Shown piece by piece: positions 1 through 11,811 of a DNA stretch of 64,000 nucleotides (position 1 is the first letter of the stretch; the number at the start of each line of letters is the position of its first letter). A program made the position numbers and the translations under genes. Source of the DNA: Zootoca vivipara (taxonomy: Eukaryota); NCBI RefSeq assembly GCF_963506605.1, contig NC_083282.1, positions 95,170,001 to 95,234,000 of the forward strand, given 5' to 3'. The notes beneath the pieces were generated by a model. The model did no database searches, was not told the DNA's origin, and worked only from the letters and a program-made list of their open reading frames with translations.

Positions 1-780
1 GAGATTTGTTTCAAGGCAGTCCTGAGAGACAAGGCAAGGATTTGTTGGCTGCCAACAGGAAGAGCCTAGATCAGGCAGTTCCCAGGGGCCTCACAACTAG
101 AATCCATAGAATCAGAGGGTTGGAAGAGACCCCAAGAATCATCTAGTAGTCCAACCCACTTGGGATGCAGGATCCCAGGGTCCACTTCCTCCTGGGTACC
201 AGCAGCTGATTCAGCGATATTTTAGAGGATGCGAGCCTTGCCTTGCTTTGGGACCTCTAGAGATCATGTTCCTCATGTGTCTGGAGGAGCCCCAAAAGAG
301 TATTCCTACATGTTTTCCCCTTCACAGACTCCATATCTAGCATCACCAGGTGGAATTCTTGCAGGAAGTCTTCCATGGTGTATTCTCACCCCAGGAAACT
401 CCCCATTCACAGGCCTGCCCAGCTCCTTCCGCCAAAATAGCATTGATAACTCTAACCGGTAGCACTAGAAATGTAATCTCTGGAAATCCCCTGCCCATTG
501 TTTTCATCCAGTACAGTACATTCCTGGATTTAGCCACATCCTGTGCCGGTGCGTTCCACCTGCCGGTAACATGTGCTATGGATTTTTCCACTCTTGTTTT
601 GCACACTGAGTCATCCATACCAGCTCTCGGGCGAGAGAGAGAATTGCACAGAATGCAGCGGGTCATAGAAGCAGAGAGTTGGTCTAGTGTCTCCCTAGCC
701 AAGTGCAGAATCGCAGAGTTGGAAGGGTCCTCGAGGTCCCCTACTTTGACCCCCAGCAGTACAAGAAACACAGCTAAGGA

Positions 781-1135
781 TTCATAGAATCCTAGAGTTG
801 GAAGGAACCCCAAGGGCCATCTAGTCCAACCCCCTGAGATGCAGGAATAACAGCTGAAGAAGTCCTGTGAGGTAGCCATCCAACCTCAGCTTAAAAACCT
901 CCAAGGAAGGAGAGTCCACCACCTTCCGGGAAAATCTGTTCCACTGTCAAACGGCTACTACTATCGGAAAGTTTTGCTGGAATCTCCTTTTTTGTCATTT
1001 GAATTTGTTGGTTCAGGTCCTGCCGTCTGGAGCAGCAGAAAACAAGCATATTTTGTCTTCCATCTGACAGCCCTTTAGGTATTTGAAGATGGCTCTCATG
1101 TCCCCTCTCAAGTCTTCCCTTCTCCAGACTGAAGG
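781..1135 (-). mobile_element. Degenerate CR1 LINE 3' end
   Basis: Reverse strand has the CR1 3' tail pattern and ORF2 C-terminal remnant (LRGDMRAIFKYLKG...LFSAAP), similar to the young CR1 copies elsewhere in the window. Boundaries approximate. Confidence 0.75.
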
Positions 1136-1515
1136 GGTGAAGGTCTCACTCTGGGGTCCCAAAGCAAGGAGAGGGATCCACTGCCTTGCAAGAACATTTC
1201 CCTCCACTGAAGCTGTTGCATGCCTGAAAATAAAGCACATATTACAAAGAGAGTGGGTTTTATATTCATCTGCTGCTAAAAATATTTGCCAAAAGATTGT
1301 GAGTTCTCGCCAAAAGCAGCCATCGCTCCGCCTTGCTTCTCCAGCAGTGGCCAACAGAAGCGGGCAGGACACCTACGAGATGCTGCCCCTTGAGATGGCA
1401 CCACCAGAGGCACCCTCCCCCTCCTCAGTCTGCCTCCTGGGCAGGCCAGCCCTGGTGAAGGGGCAGCTTCCTACAGGAGAAAGAGGGTGGTGCTGTTTTG
1501 TTTTTGTTTTTAACA

Positions 1516-4500
1516 CCCAGCATAGGTGATTCCTGATAGAGTTGTCCAGTGCAGAGAGTTCCTCCTTTATAAGCTTCTGTTTTGAATAAAGAACGCCAAT
1601 AAGATTGAGCCACATTGAGCCGCATGAAATGGAAGTCCATCAACCTCACCAAGAAACTTGCACAGGTACAAACTGACATAATATTTCTGACCAAATGCAA
1701 GAACCTGGATATTGTTCCTAAGGGTCTTAGAATTAAGAACCCTCCTTCAATCAACTTATCCCACAGAATATGCTAGGAAACTTTGCCACACTTTATCCAA
1801 GAAGCTGCTCAAACATCTTATCGGCGTTCTTTATTCAAAACAGAAGCTTATAAAGGAGGAACTCTCTGCACTGCACAACTCTATCAGGAATCACCCAGCC
1901 TGGCAGGAGTTCCACAAGGAAAAACAAACCATTTACCACTCTCAACTGGAGTTACTGAAGAACCGGAAAAATAAAAAACTCTGCAACCTTTCCAACCTAC
2001 AAGCCACTAACCAAAACAAGATCAACAACATTGTCAATCTTTCACAGCAAACACTCAGCCCAGCTGAGGAATCCGTCCTCTCACGGGGTCTATCATTCTG
2101 CCCTGCCAAATCCCCACACATGATTCAGTTCTGCGGGGACCTGGAAGCATTTTTCCGCCGTTTACGCCTGAAAGAGTATTTTCATCACAAACAAGAACAA
2201 GACAAAGTAGAACAAACTACATCCCCACAACACAACACCTCTCAACTTACTGGGGAACAACCATCACCCTCCAAACGCATTAATGAACAGAACGTTGACC
2301 ACCAACTACCACCGAAAAGATGTTACACAAAAAGGGACTCCACGTGGACCCCTCCTGATGGACGCGATACCACACTAGATCTGTACATCGACTGCTTCCG
2401 CCACAGAATCCAAACGGATGTGGCCAGAAAACACCATCACTTACAACAAAATCTAAACCACGCTGAAAGGAGAGCCATAGAAAATCTCAGGAACAACCCA
2501 GACATTATAATTAAAGAGGCGGACAAGGGTGGAGCTGTCGTCATCATGAACAAAACTGATTACATCCAAGAGGCCCCCAGACAACTTTCCAATACCGCCT
2601 TTTACATGAAATTGGACTCAGACCCCACACAAGCATACAAAAAAGAACTGAACAAGATTGTCAAGGAGCTACCCCTACACATCCAAGAACAGATCCTCAC
2701 AAACACACCAGCGGAACCTCGACCAGGAACTTTCTACCTTCTACCTAAAATACACAAACCAGGAAATCCAGGACGCCCCATCATCTCAGGTATTGGCACC
2801 ATTACAGTGGGTGTTTCCGGCTATATGGACTCTGTTCTGAAACCATATGCTATCAGTGCTCCCAGCTACGTACGTGACACCACAGATTTTCTGAGGAAAA
2901 TACAATCTTTGAACAATCTTCCTAACAATACTATACTAGCCACTATGGATGTGGAATCTCTATACACCAACATCCCACACAATGATGGTTTACAAGCTAT
3001 AAGGAACACCATTTCATATAAAACCACAGCAGACTTTGCTACCAAACTCTGCCACTTTGTCCTTACCCACAACCACTTCAAATTTGGTGATGACCTGTTC
3101 CTCCAGATCAGCGGCACAGCCATGGGCACCCGCATGGCCCCACAGTATGCCAACATCTTCATGGCAGATTTAGAACATCGTTTCCTAGACTCCTACCCAC
3201 TCAAACCTCTCTTGTACCTACGATACATTGACAATATTTTTTATTATCTGGACACATGGACAACAGACCCTGGAAACCTTCCACCAGACATTCAATGACT
3301 TTCACCCCACCATCAACCTAACAATGAACCAATCTATGCAATAAATACATTTTTTGGACACTACTATAAAAATACAGGATGGACGTATAGACACCACCTT
3401 ATACAGAAAACCAACTGACCAACAAACATATCTACATGCTTCTAGCTACCATCCCAAACATACCAAACAATCCATCGTATACAGCCAGGCCCTACGTTAC
3501 AACCGCATCTGTTCCAACTCTACAGACAGAGAATCTCACCTAAGAGATCTACAGCAAACCTTTTTAGAACTAAAATATCCACCTGATGAAGTTAAACAAC
3601 AGATCAACAGAGCCAGACTGATACCTAGAGAGAACCTGCTGCAAGACAGACCCAAAAAAGAAAATAACAGAACACCACTAGTCATCACATACAGCTCCCA
3701 AGTTAAAACAGTACAACGCATCATCAGAGATCTACAGCCTCTCCTGGACAATGACAGCTCCCTTTCTCAAGCTCTGGGAGGAAGACCTTTCATTGCCTAC
3801 AGCCACCCAATCTTAAACAACTCCTCACCTACAATAATACAACCACCAGACTTAACATGGACACTGGTACCAGAGCCTGCAATAAACCCAGATGCCAGCT
3901 TTGCTGCCACATACACCCGGACCACACCATTACTGGCCCCAACAACACCCAACATACCATCTCAGGACTATTTAATTGTTCATCTTCTAACATTGTGTAT
4001 GCCATCAAATGCCAACAGTGCCCTTCAGCTCTCTATATTGGACAAACAGGCCAAACCCTACGCCAAAGGATAAATGGACATAAATCTGACATCAGGAACC
4101 ATAAGACTGAAAAACCAGTAGGAGAACACTTCAATCTCCCAGGACATTCTATACAAGATCTCAAAGCAGCTGTTTTATTACAGAGAAATTTCAGGAACAG
4201 ACTGGAAAGAGAAGTTGCTGAATTGGAAATCATTACCAAGCTTAAAACCATGGAACCACCTGGGATGAATAAAGACATCAGATTCTTATCTCATTATGCA
4301 TGATCAAGCTTTCTTTAGCACCTCAGCCCTTGCTTTCCCCCCCCCAGGACTAATTGCAGCCATCAGCAGCCATTAACAGCCATCTACAGGTTTACCACTC
4401 CCATCAGCCCATCACCCATTCCCACCCACCCCCACCACCCTCTGTATATATATAGGGTCTGACACTTCTGTTTCTAGTGTATCTGAAGAAGTGTGCATGC

Positions 4501-4609
4501 ACACGAAAGCTCATACCAAAATATAAACATAGTTGGTCTTTAAGGTGCTACTGAAGGAATTTTTTTATTTTGCTTCGACTCAGACCAACACGACTACCTA
4601 CCTGTAACT
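1516..4609 (+). mobile_element. Penelope-like retroelement (Neptune-type), RT + GIY-YIG endonuclease, frameshifted/inactive
   Basis: N-terminal FLTKCKNLDIVPKGL (~1690-1730). RT motifs PGRPIIS, LATMDVESLYTNIP, GTAMGTRMAPQYAN and YIDN (YIDD mutated, 3224-3235) lie in ORF 1712-3298; thumb region in ORF 3354-4073. Cys-rich linker CNKPRCQLCCH and NIVYAIKC..ALYIGQT GIY-YIG lie in ORF 3857-4303. Frameshifts near 1742, 3240 and 3800. Inverted duplicate at the 5' end. Confidence 0.93.
4479..4516 (+). ncRNA. Minimal type I hammerhead ribozyme in the Penelope 3' UTR
   Basis: GTAT-CTGAAGA-A-GTGTGCATGCACAC-GAAA-GC-TC-ATAC: stem I GTAT/ATAC, core CUGANGA, stem II hairpin, GAAA, palindromic minimal stem III (AGCT), NUH = CUC. 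Predicted cleavage after C4512. Confidence 0.85.
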
Positions 4610-4610
4610 A

Positions 4611-7600
4611 AAATTCATCTTCTTTGCTTTGGCCCAGTTGTCTAATCTGTTAAGGTCATTCTGGTGTGATCCTGTCCTGGTGTGAAGCCACCCCTCCCAA
4701 TTTGGTGTCATATGCAAACTTGATCACGATGCCCTCATTTTTTTTTAAATTATATTTTATTGATTTTATAGTATAAAAAAGAGGAAAAAAGAAAAAAAAG
4801 ACAGACATACAAAAGAACTACTACATAACATATTTACCACTGGCTTCCGCCCACCCTTCCAGAGCCCTCTCCTCCCATCAGAGGGACCCTCGAAAGGCAG
4901 GCAGCCGGCAGTGTTTCCTTTTGTAGTTGAATTTCTCTCCCACCCCTCCCTCCCCTCCCCAGAACCCCCCCCCCTGCCACCGAGAGGCTCTAAGAGAGGG
5001 AACGAATGGGGGGCATCCGTCCAACCAGTTTCCAAACAGAGAAAGAAGAAAAAGGAAAAGAAAGAAAAAGAAAAAAAAGAAAACCAAAAGAAAAAATAGA
5101 GGGGGGGCAAAAAGGAAAAGATCCCCCTAAAAAAGAAAAAGAAAAAAAGAAAAAATAAAGCTAAAAACTGAAAAGAAATAAAAAATAAAAGAAAAGAAAA
5201 AGTAAAAGTAAAAGAAAAAGGACCTCCCCAAACCTCCCCCCTATCCCGACTTCCATTTTCAATTCTTATTCAACAGTATTCTTAATCCCATTCTGTTACT
5301 ACAGAAAAAAAGAAAAATTACCTTATATTATAAAAGCTATCCCAATTTTTAAATCCTCTTAATCAAACTAAATTTATATTTCCGAATCTTTTCATAATCA
5401 AATCTACTCATTACCTTTTTTTTTTGACCAGCCTATCTTTTTTTTCCCCCTCCAAAGAACCTCTTTATTATTCTTACTTTCACAAATTTTTAAACATCGT
5501 TATCATCCCCTCCCCACCCCGGTCACGGCCTTTCCCTTCCAGTCCAGCAAGTTCCAAAGTCGTCAGTCCAGTTATTAGTCCTTTTTGTCTGTCCTGAATA
5601 GTTAAATATTCAATCTTCCTTCAGCCCACCCCCTTCCTAACCTGATTCAAAATCCAAGCTCCTCTATCTCCCCCTCCCCAGTCTCCTTTTCTTCTTTGCC
5701 ATCCATTTTTCTCATGGGTGTTCTGTCTCTCCTGTGACTCTTGCGTTGTTGACTCCTGTGATCCATCTTTATTCTTTTGATTTTCCTTTTTCCCGTCGCT
5801 CAGATCATACAGCCATTCCCCATCCTGTACCCTTTTTCCAGTTAAGACCTTTTCCTGTAATTCTTGTGTTCTTTCTTTAAACAAATCCTCTTTTTGCAAA
5901 TCTTGCTTCTTTCCATTTGGTAAGTCCCGTTCTCTGAGCTCCTGTAAGTCTTGGTTTATTTCCAATAGTTGTTGCTGAGTCTTGTACGTCTCTATTCTGA
6001 GTTCCCATAAGAATCTTATCACTTTGTCCTTGAACGCTGATGTATGTTCTTTCGTTGCCATTTTTCCAGCTTACTGTGGGTGGAGTGAGGCTTGAAAACC
6101 AGGAGATGGTTACAAAAGACATATATTGTCACAAATCCAAACTGGAAACTGTATATAATCCGCAATATGTAACTTCAACTTTAAAATTATTTCAAGCAGT
6201 CAGTCAGAAAGTTTTTAAGTATCAAATCCTTGTTAACATCCATCTTCGCAAACAGCTTACTGTCCTCTCCGGGCTGCCGATTTCGGGGTGGAGAGAGGCT
6301 CTCCCTTTCTTGGAATGCAGGGAATATTAGCCTTAAAATAACTCTCCCCCCTGTACCCTGCCTCCGAAGGTAACTCTTTAAAATAGTCTCTGAGGGAGTT
6401 CAGATAATATACTGCTTTTCGTCGACACTGGTCTCCCTTTTTATTACACTGCTTCTTAAATCAATCAGTGGGAGAAGGTGGCTTCCGTTTTTTCCCTTAC
6501 TCCCGTTTGCCAAATTATAGTCCAATATCGTGGTATAATATTTTCAAGCTTTACTCACGGGTTCCAATTTTTCCGAATCAGCGAATTTGGAAGAATCTGC
6601 CGCTCACCACCACCGGACTCGAAGCTTCACTTTGCTGAGGTAACGCTGTTCTCCAAAATGGCCCCCGCGACTACAACCCTTTCGCTCCGGGGCTCTTATT
6701 AGAGCTCACCAGAGGATCGGGGAATCGCTAAAAAATGGGGCACCGCTGGAGCTTTGTTTCCAGAACTCTCTATCTGGAACTCTTTTGGGGCGCTGCAGCG
6801 CTTTCGCAGCCTTCCCCCCCCCCCTCAGCAAAGCCGGGCTGTCTCAGCGCTCGAGACAAACCCCGCCGGCCAGATCGGGCGACAAACCGGAAGTGTGATC
6901 ACGATGCCCTCAAGCCCATCATCCAAGTCATTGATAAAGATGTTGAATAAGACTGGGCCCAAGACAGAACCCTGTGGCACCCCACTAGTCACTACTCTCC
7001 AGGATGAAGAGGAGCCATTGATGAGCACCCTTTGGGTTCGGTCAGTCAGCCAGTTACAAATCCACTGAATGGTAGCATTGTCTAGCCTGCATTTTACCAG
7101 CTTCTTTACAAGAATATCATGGGGCACCTTGTCAAAGGCCTTGCTGAAATCAAGATAGGCTATATCCACAGCATTCCCTTCATCTACCAGGCTTGTAATT
7201 CTGTCAAAAAATGAGATCAGATTAGTCTGACATGACCTATTTTTCAGAAGCCAAGCTGACTTTTAGTGATCACAGCGTTCCTTTCTAGGTGCTCACAGAC
7301 CGTTTGCTTAATGATCTGCTCTAGAATCTTTCCTGGTATTGATGTCAGACTGACTGGGCGGTAATTGTTTGGGTCCTCTCTTTTCCCCATTTTGAAAATA
7401 GGGACATTTGCCCTCCTCCAGTCTTCTGGGACTTCGCCTGTTCTCCAGGAATTCTCAAAGATTATTGCCAGTGGTTCTGAAATCACCTCTGCCAGTTCTT
7501 TTAATACTCTTGGATGTAGTTCATCTGGCCCTGGAGACTTGAATACATCTAAATTAGCCAAGTATTCTTGTATTACCTCCTTACTTATTCTGGGCTGTGT

Positions 7601-8150
7601 TTCCCCTGCTGAATCATCTGCTCCATATTCTTCAGGTTGGGCATTGTTTTCTTTTTTGGAGAAGACTGAGGCAAAAAAGGCATTGAGTTCTGCCCTTTCT
7701 TTGTCCCCTGTTCGCATTTCACCATCTTCTCCTCCTCTAAGTGACACCGTTTCCTTGTTCTTCCTTTTGCTACCAACATACCCATAAAAGCCCTTTTTGT
7801 TGCTTTTAACCTCTCTAGCAAGCCTGAGTTCATTCTGTGCTTTAGCTTTTCTGACTTTGTCTCTACATGTGCTGGCTATATGCTTGAATTCCTCTCTGGT
7901 GATTTCCCCCTTGGCTGAGTTTGACATCCAACAAATATCAGGATAATTTAAATCCCCCATTACTACTATCTCACTTCCTTTTGAATGTTTGGCCATCAGT
8001 TCCAGGAAGGCATCATCTGTGTCCTCAGTTTGGCTTGGGGATCTATAGTAAACTCCCACAATGAGATCACAGTTATTTTTCTCTCCCTTAATTTTGACCC
8101 AGATACTCTCAACTTGGCTTTGAAGTTTTAAATCCTGGATCTGGTAGATC
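4611..8150 (-). mobile_element. CR1 LINE ORF2 fragment (EN remnant + RT), internally deleted and interrupted by an L1-like insertion
   Basis: ORFs 7244-8209 (VGVYYRSP, VMGDLNYPDI, KSPGPDELHP, NYRPVSLTS) and 6825-7169 ([20 protein letters not shown]). Homology resumes left of 4737. Confidence 0.9.
4738..6895 (-). mobile_element. Non-autonomous L1-like (HAL1-like) retroelement with one short coiled-coil ORF
   Basis: 17-bp TSD TGATCACGATGCCCTCA (4721-4737, 6896-6912). CpG-rich 5' end starting CACTTCCGG; poly(A) tail at ~4738-4750; 146-aa ORF 5621-6061; no RT or EN motifs. Confidence 0.75.
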
Positions 8151-8383
8151 ACTGGACGTCTGTGGCAGATCAATGGCAGATCACTGGCTCCCCCAAAGAA
8201 ACTCAACAACTTTGGCTCCCCTAAAAAAGCTCAACATTTTTGCCCTGCACCCCCCAAAAATGTGGCTTTCCTCCCTAAAAAAAGCTCAACCACCTTGACC
8301 TGAACCCCAAAAAGGGGGGTAGATCACTGCCAATTTTTAACTCTGTGAGTAGATCGCAGTCTCTTGGGAGTTGGCCACCCCTG
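8140..8383. mobile_element. hAT-like non-autonomous DNA transposon fragment
   Basis: Ends in ...GTTGGCCACCCCTG (hAT-type TIR) with internal repeated GTAGATCAC and AAAGCTCAAC units. Left end not resolved. Confidence 0.5.
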
Positions 8384-8682
8384 TCTTAGACCTTATAATT
8401 CTCATAACAACATGAAGATAAAATCAAAAACAACAAACTCCACCCAAAGCAAAGCAGGAAGGTGGTAGCAGCACAGCCCCAAATGCCCCATCCGCCACTT
8501 TCAGAAGCCTGCTGGAGCTGCAAAACTTTAGCATTCACCACTAAATATTGTTGTGGGTTTGGGGAGGGGGTCTGTCTGCCCCAAGTCCCTTCCAATGCTT
8601 GGGATCCTGTATCTGTGGGGGTTGAATGGAGCAAGGTTGCCCAACCAGTCCCTTTGTCTAGGTAATGGCTGTGGCTGACTAG

Positions 8683-8815
8683 CTAAGGGGACGACAGAGG
8701 ACGAGATGGTTGGACAGTGTTCTCGAAGCTACGAACATGAGTTTGACCAAGCTGCGGGAGGCAGTGGAAGACAGGAGTGCCTTGCATGCTCTGGTCCATG
8801 GGGTCACGAAGAGTC
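8683..8815 (+). mobile_element. RTE-BovB 3' end fragment
   Basis: GACAGAGGACGAGATGGTTGGACAG...GTCCATGGGGTCACGAAGAGTC, typical of the BovB 3' terminus. Confidence 0.75.
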
Positions 8816-9974
8816 ATCACCTCAAATAACATAGCCAAGGAAGTTGCTCTGTGCCAGAGGGCAAATGGGTGAGCCTTGCCTCCACCCCCTCACCTCCATT
8901 AGGTAGGAGAACAATGGCCAGGGTGGTGTGAGAGAGCTGGGCTGGAAGTAAATCTGGGAGATGGAGACCTGCTTGCTCTGTGCTGGATCCAAAGCGGTGA
9001 CTAGTAGAGAAGCAAGATCTCCTGGGGCGTCGATGCTGTGAGCCCCTCCATCCTATGCTCAGGTTGTATATCTGTGCAAATAAAACCATACCGGTATATC
9101 CTAAAGACGCCACAGTCTCCTTTCTTGTACCTTGCCCAAAATAACCGGTTGTGCCAGAGGACTTTGTTGAACAGGCACTATATAAATGACGTAAACAAAG
9201 AAATCACTGACACCCAAACCTTTCAGCACATGCAAAACCTGGACACGGAGCAGCACATCAAAACCCAGGCATCGTCCTTGCATGAAACAAGGGTTCCTGC
9301 ATTGCAGGCATTGGACTAGATGATCCTTGGGTCCCTCCATCCCCCCAGTTCTAGGATTCTAAGGGCGCAAAGACATGTCTGGAGAACTGGAGGACGAGGA
9401 GGTGCTGGAGGCGGTTTCTGCAGGGCTGATGTGAGCCTGCTGCTTCCTGCCCTGGTTTATCCCTCACAAGGCTTGCAACATTTGGGCGCCACATGTCAAA
9501 TCAAATCCATGTCACATTCTTCCCCCAAGGACAAAATGCAGAACAATGTCTCATAAGCAAATTGTACAATATGCAGGGCAGAAAGAGCTTCTGGCCCAGT
9601 TACGTCTGTTTCTGCCATTTCATAACAGAAACGCTTCGTTGAAACGGGTTTTTTAAAGCAAATTTGATGTCAGTATTCACAGATGTCTCATTAATGTCCA
9701 TTCTTTATGCTGCAAGACAATGGGATGCTGTTAACTGCTTGTTACTAAGAGCAGACCTACTTAAATTAATGGTCATGGCTAACTTTGGCCCATTAATTTC
9801 AGTGGGCCTACTCTGAGTAACAATCATATACCCTATGCAGGAAGGGTGGTTTTATAATGGAGGGGCCAAATCATGGGGGATGTGGGGGCAGCTGCCCTCC
9901 TATCCAGAAGGCTGACGGGGTCTCCTCCCCCCTCCTTTTTGAAGATGGAGACAACATTTGCCCACCTCCAGCCC

Positions 9975-10630
9975 AGGTGTCCAGTTCTGGACACTGCAGT
10001 TTAAGAAGGATGTGGACAGGCTAGAAGGTGAGCAGAGGAGGGTGACTGAGATGGCCAAGGGTTTGGAAACCAGCCCTTAGGAGGAGTGGTTGAGGGAGTT
10101 GGGCATGTTTAGCCTGGAAAAGAGGAGGCTGACGGGTGACTTGATAGCCAAATTCAAATACAGTATATGAAGGGCTGTCCCATAGAAGATGGAGCAAGCC
10201 TGTTTTCTCCTGCTCTTTGAGTCACAAGAAAGGAGATTCTGACTAAACCGGCTTAGGGGAAACTGCCTGTCTGTAAGAGCCGTTTGACAGTGGAAGGGTT
10301 TCCCTGGGGAGGTGGTGGAGTCTCCTTCCTTGGAGGGTTCTTAGCAGAGGATGGATGGTCATCTGTCCTGGCCATGCTTTAGCTCAGATTCCTGTATTGC
10401 AGGATACCATTGAGTTGGACTGGATGACCCCTGGGTGTCCCTTCCGCCTCCACAACTATGACTCTTTGCTGCCAAGGAGTGTGGTGAAGTCTCCTTCTTT
10501 GGAGGTCTTTAAGCAGAGGCTTGACGGCCATCTGTCAGGAATGCTTTGATGGTGTTTCCTGCTTCGCAGGGGTTGGACTGGATGGCCCTTGTGGTCTCTT
10601 CCAACTCTATGATTCTAGGATTCTATGACT
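9975..10630 (+). mobile_element. CR1 3' fragments (older copy plus younger tail)
   Basis: CR1 ORF2 C-terminal sequence and TTCCAACTCTATGATTCT tails. Confidence 0.75.
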
Positions 10631-10870
10631 CCTTTGAAGTCTCTCAGCCCCACTCACCTCACAGAGTGTTTGTTAGTCGCTTTGAGACTCCTTTGGGTAG
10701 TGATAAAGCGGGTTATCAAATCCAAACTCCTCCTCCTCCTCTTCTTCCTGCATTGCAGGGGTCTGGAGTAGATGACCCTTGGGGTCCCCTCCAACTCTAC
10801 AACTCAATGATTCCATCCGCAGAACCACACATACACCATATCTTAAGGTGGAGTTTGGCAAATAACACCA

Positions 10871-11091
10871 GAGCCAGTGTGGTGTAGTGGTTAAGAGCGG
10901 TAGACTCGTAATCTGGGGAACCGGGTTCGCATCTCCGATCCTCCACATGCAGCTGCTGGGTGACCCTGGGCTAGTCACACTTCTTTGAAGTCTCTCAGCC
11001 CCACCCACCTCACAGAGGGTTTCTTGTGGGGAGGAGGGGAAAGGAGATTGTTAGCCGCTTTGGGACTCCTTCGGGTAGGGATAAAGCAGGA
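10871..11091 (+). mobile_element. tRNA-derived squamate SINE (Squam3-like)
   Basis: A box TGGTGTAGTGGT, B box GGGTTCGCATCTCC, body ending GATAAAGC. Near-identical copy after the gap. Confidence 0.7.
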
Positions 11092-11221
11092 NNNNNNNNN
11101 NNNNNNNNNNNNNNNNNNNNNNNNNNNNNNNNNNNNNNNNNNNNNNNNNNNNNNNNNNNNNNNNNNNNNNNNNNNNNNNNNNNNNNNNNNNNNNNNNNNN
11201 NNNNNNNNNNNNNNNNNNNNN
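11092..11221. other. Assembly gap (130 N)
   Basis: Run of N. Confidence 1.
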
Positions 11222-11456
11222 TGTAGTGGTTAAGAGCGGTAGACTCCTAATCTGGGGAACCGGGTTTGTGTCTCGGCTCCTCCCCATGCAGCTGCTGGGT
11301 GACCTTGGGCTAGTCACACTTCTCTGAAGTCTCTCAGCCTCACTCACCTCACAGAGTGTTTGTTGTGGGGGAGGAAGGGAAAGGAGATTGTTAGCCGCTT
11401 TGAGACTCCTTAGGGTAGTGATAAAGCGGGATATCAAATCCAAACTCTTCTTCTTC
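11222..11456 (+). mobile_element. tRNA-derived squamate SINE (Squam3-like), second copy
   Basis: Same head and body as 10871-11091, with a (CTT)n tail. Confidence 0.7.
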
Positions 11457-11459
11457 ATC

Positions 11460-11738
11460 ATCTGACAGTTCTTGTGGGCATCCATCCATCTTGGGAGCCA
11501 ATGCAGGAGGGAACCTTCTGGGGTGAAGTCAAACCCCGGGTGGTTGTGGCGCCTGCTGTGGCTGCGGAGACCGATGTGGGAGAAACATGTTTTGCTGCAG
11601 CCGGGGCAGAGGATAGCGTCCTGTTGGGCTGCTGCAGATGCCACCATGGCATTGCTTCTCTCCACGCTCCTCCCAGCGGCCATTCCTCCTCTGCTCACTG
11701 CTGCGGACGCACAAGTGGACGGTCTGCATCTACCATTC
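11460..11738 (-). mobile_element. RTE-clade LINE 3' fragment
   Basis: C-terminal C2H2 motif CPGCSKTCFSHIGLRSHSRRH on the minus strand. Confidence 0.6.
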
Positions 11739-11739
11739 C

Positions 11740-11776
<37 letters not shown>

Positions 11777-11777
11777 T

Positions 11778-11810
<33 letters not shown>
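11739..11810. repeat. (CAA)n microsatellite
   Basis: ~24 CAA units with one interruption. Confidence 0.98.

Positions 11811-11811
<1 letters not shown>

Noticed and set aside
1712-4303. Active Penelope element or domesticated RT gene
   Set aside because: Several frameshifts and a YIDD to YIDN change in the catalytic motif.
10871-10945. Possible tRNA gene (A and B boxes)
   Set aside because: Continues into a SINE body and is repeated; not a tRNA gene.
1-11000. WFDC/WAP-domain gene expected from mammalian synteny
   Set aside because: No four-disulfide-core cysteine pattern seen in any frame examined.
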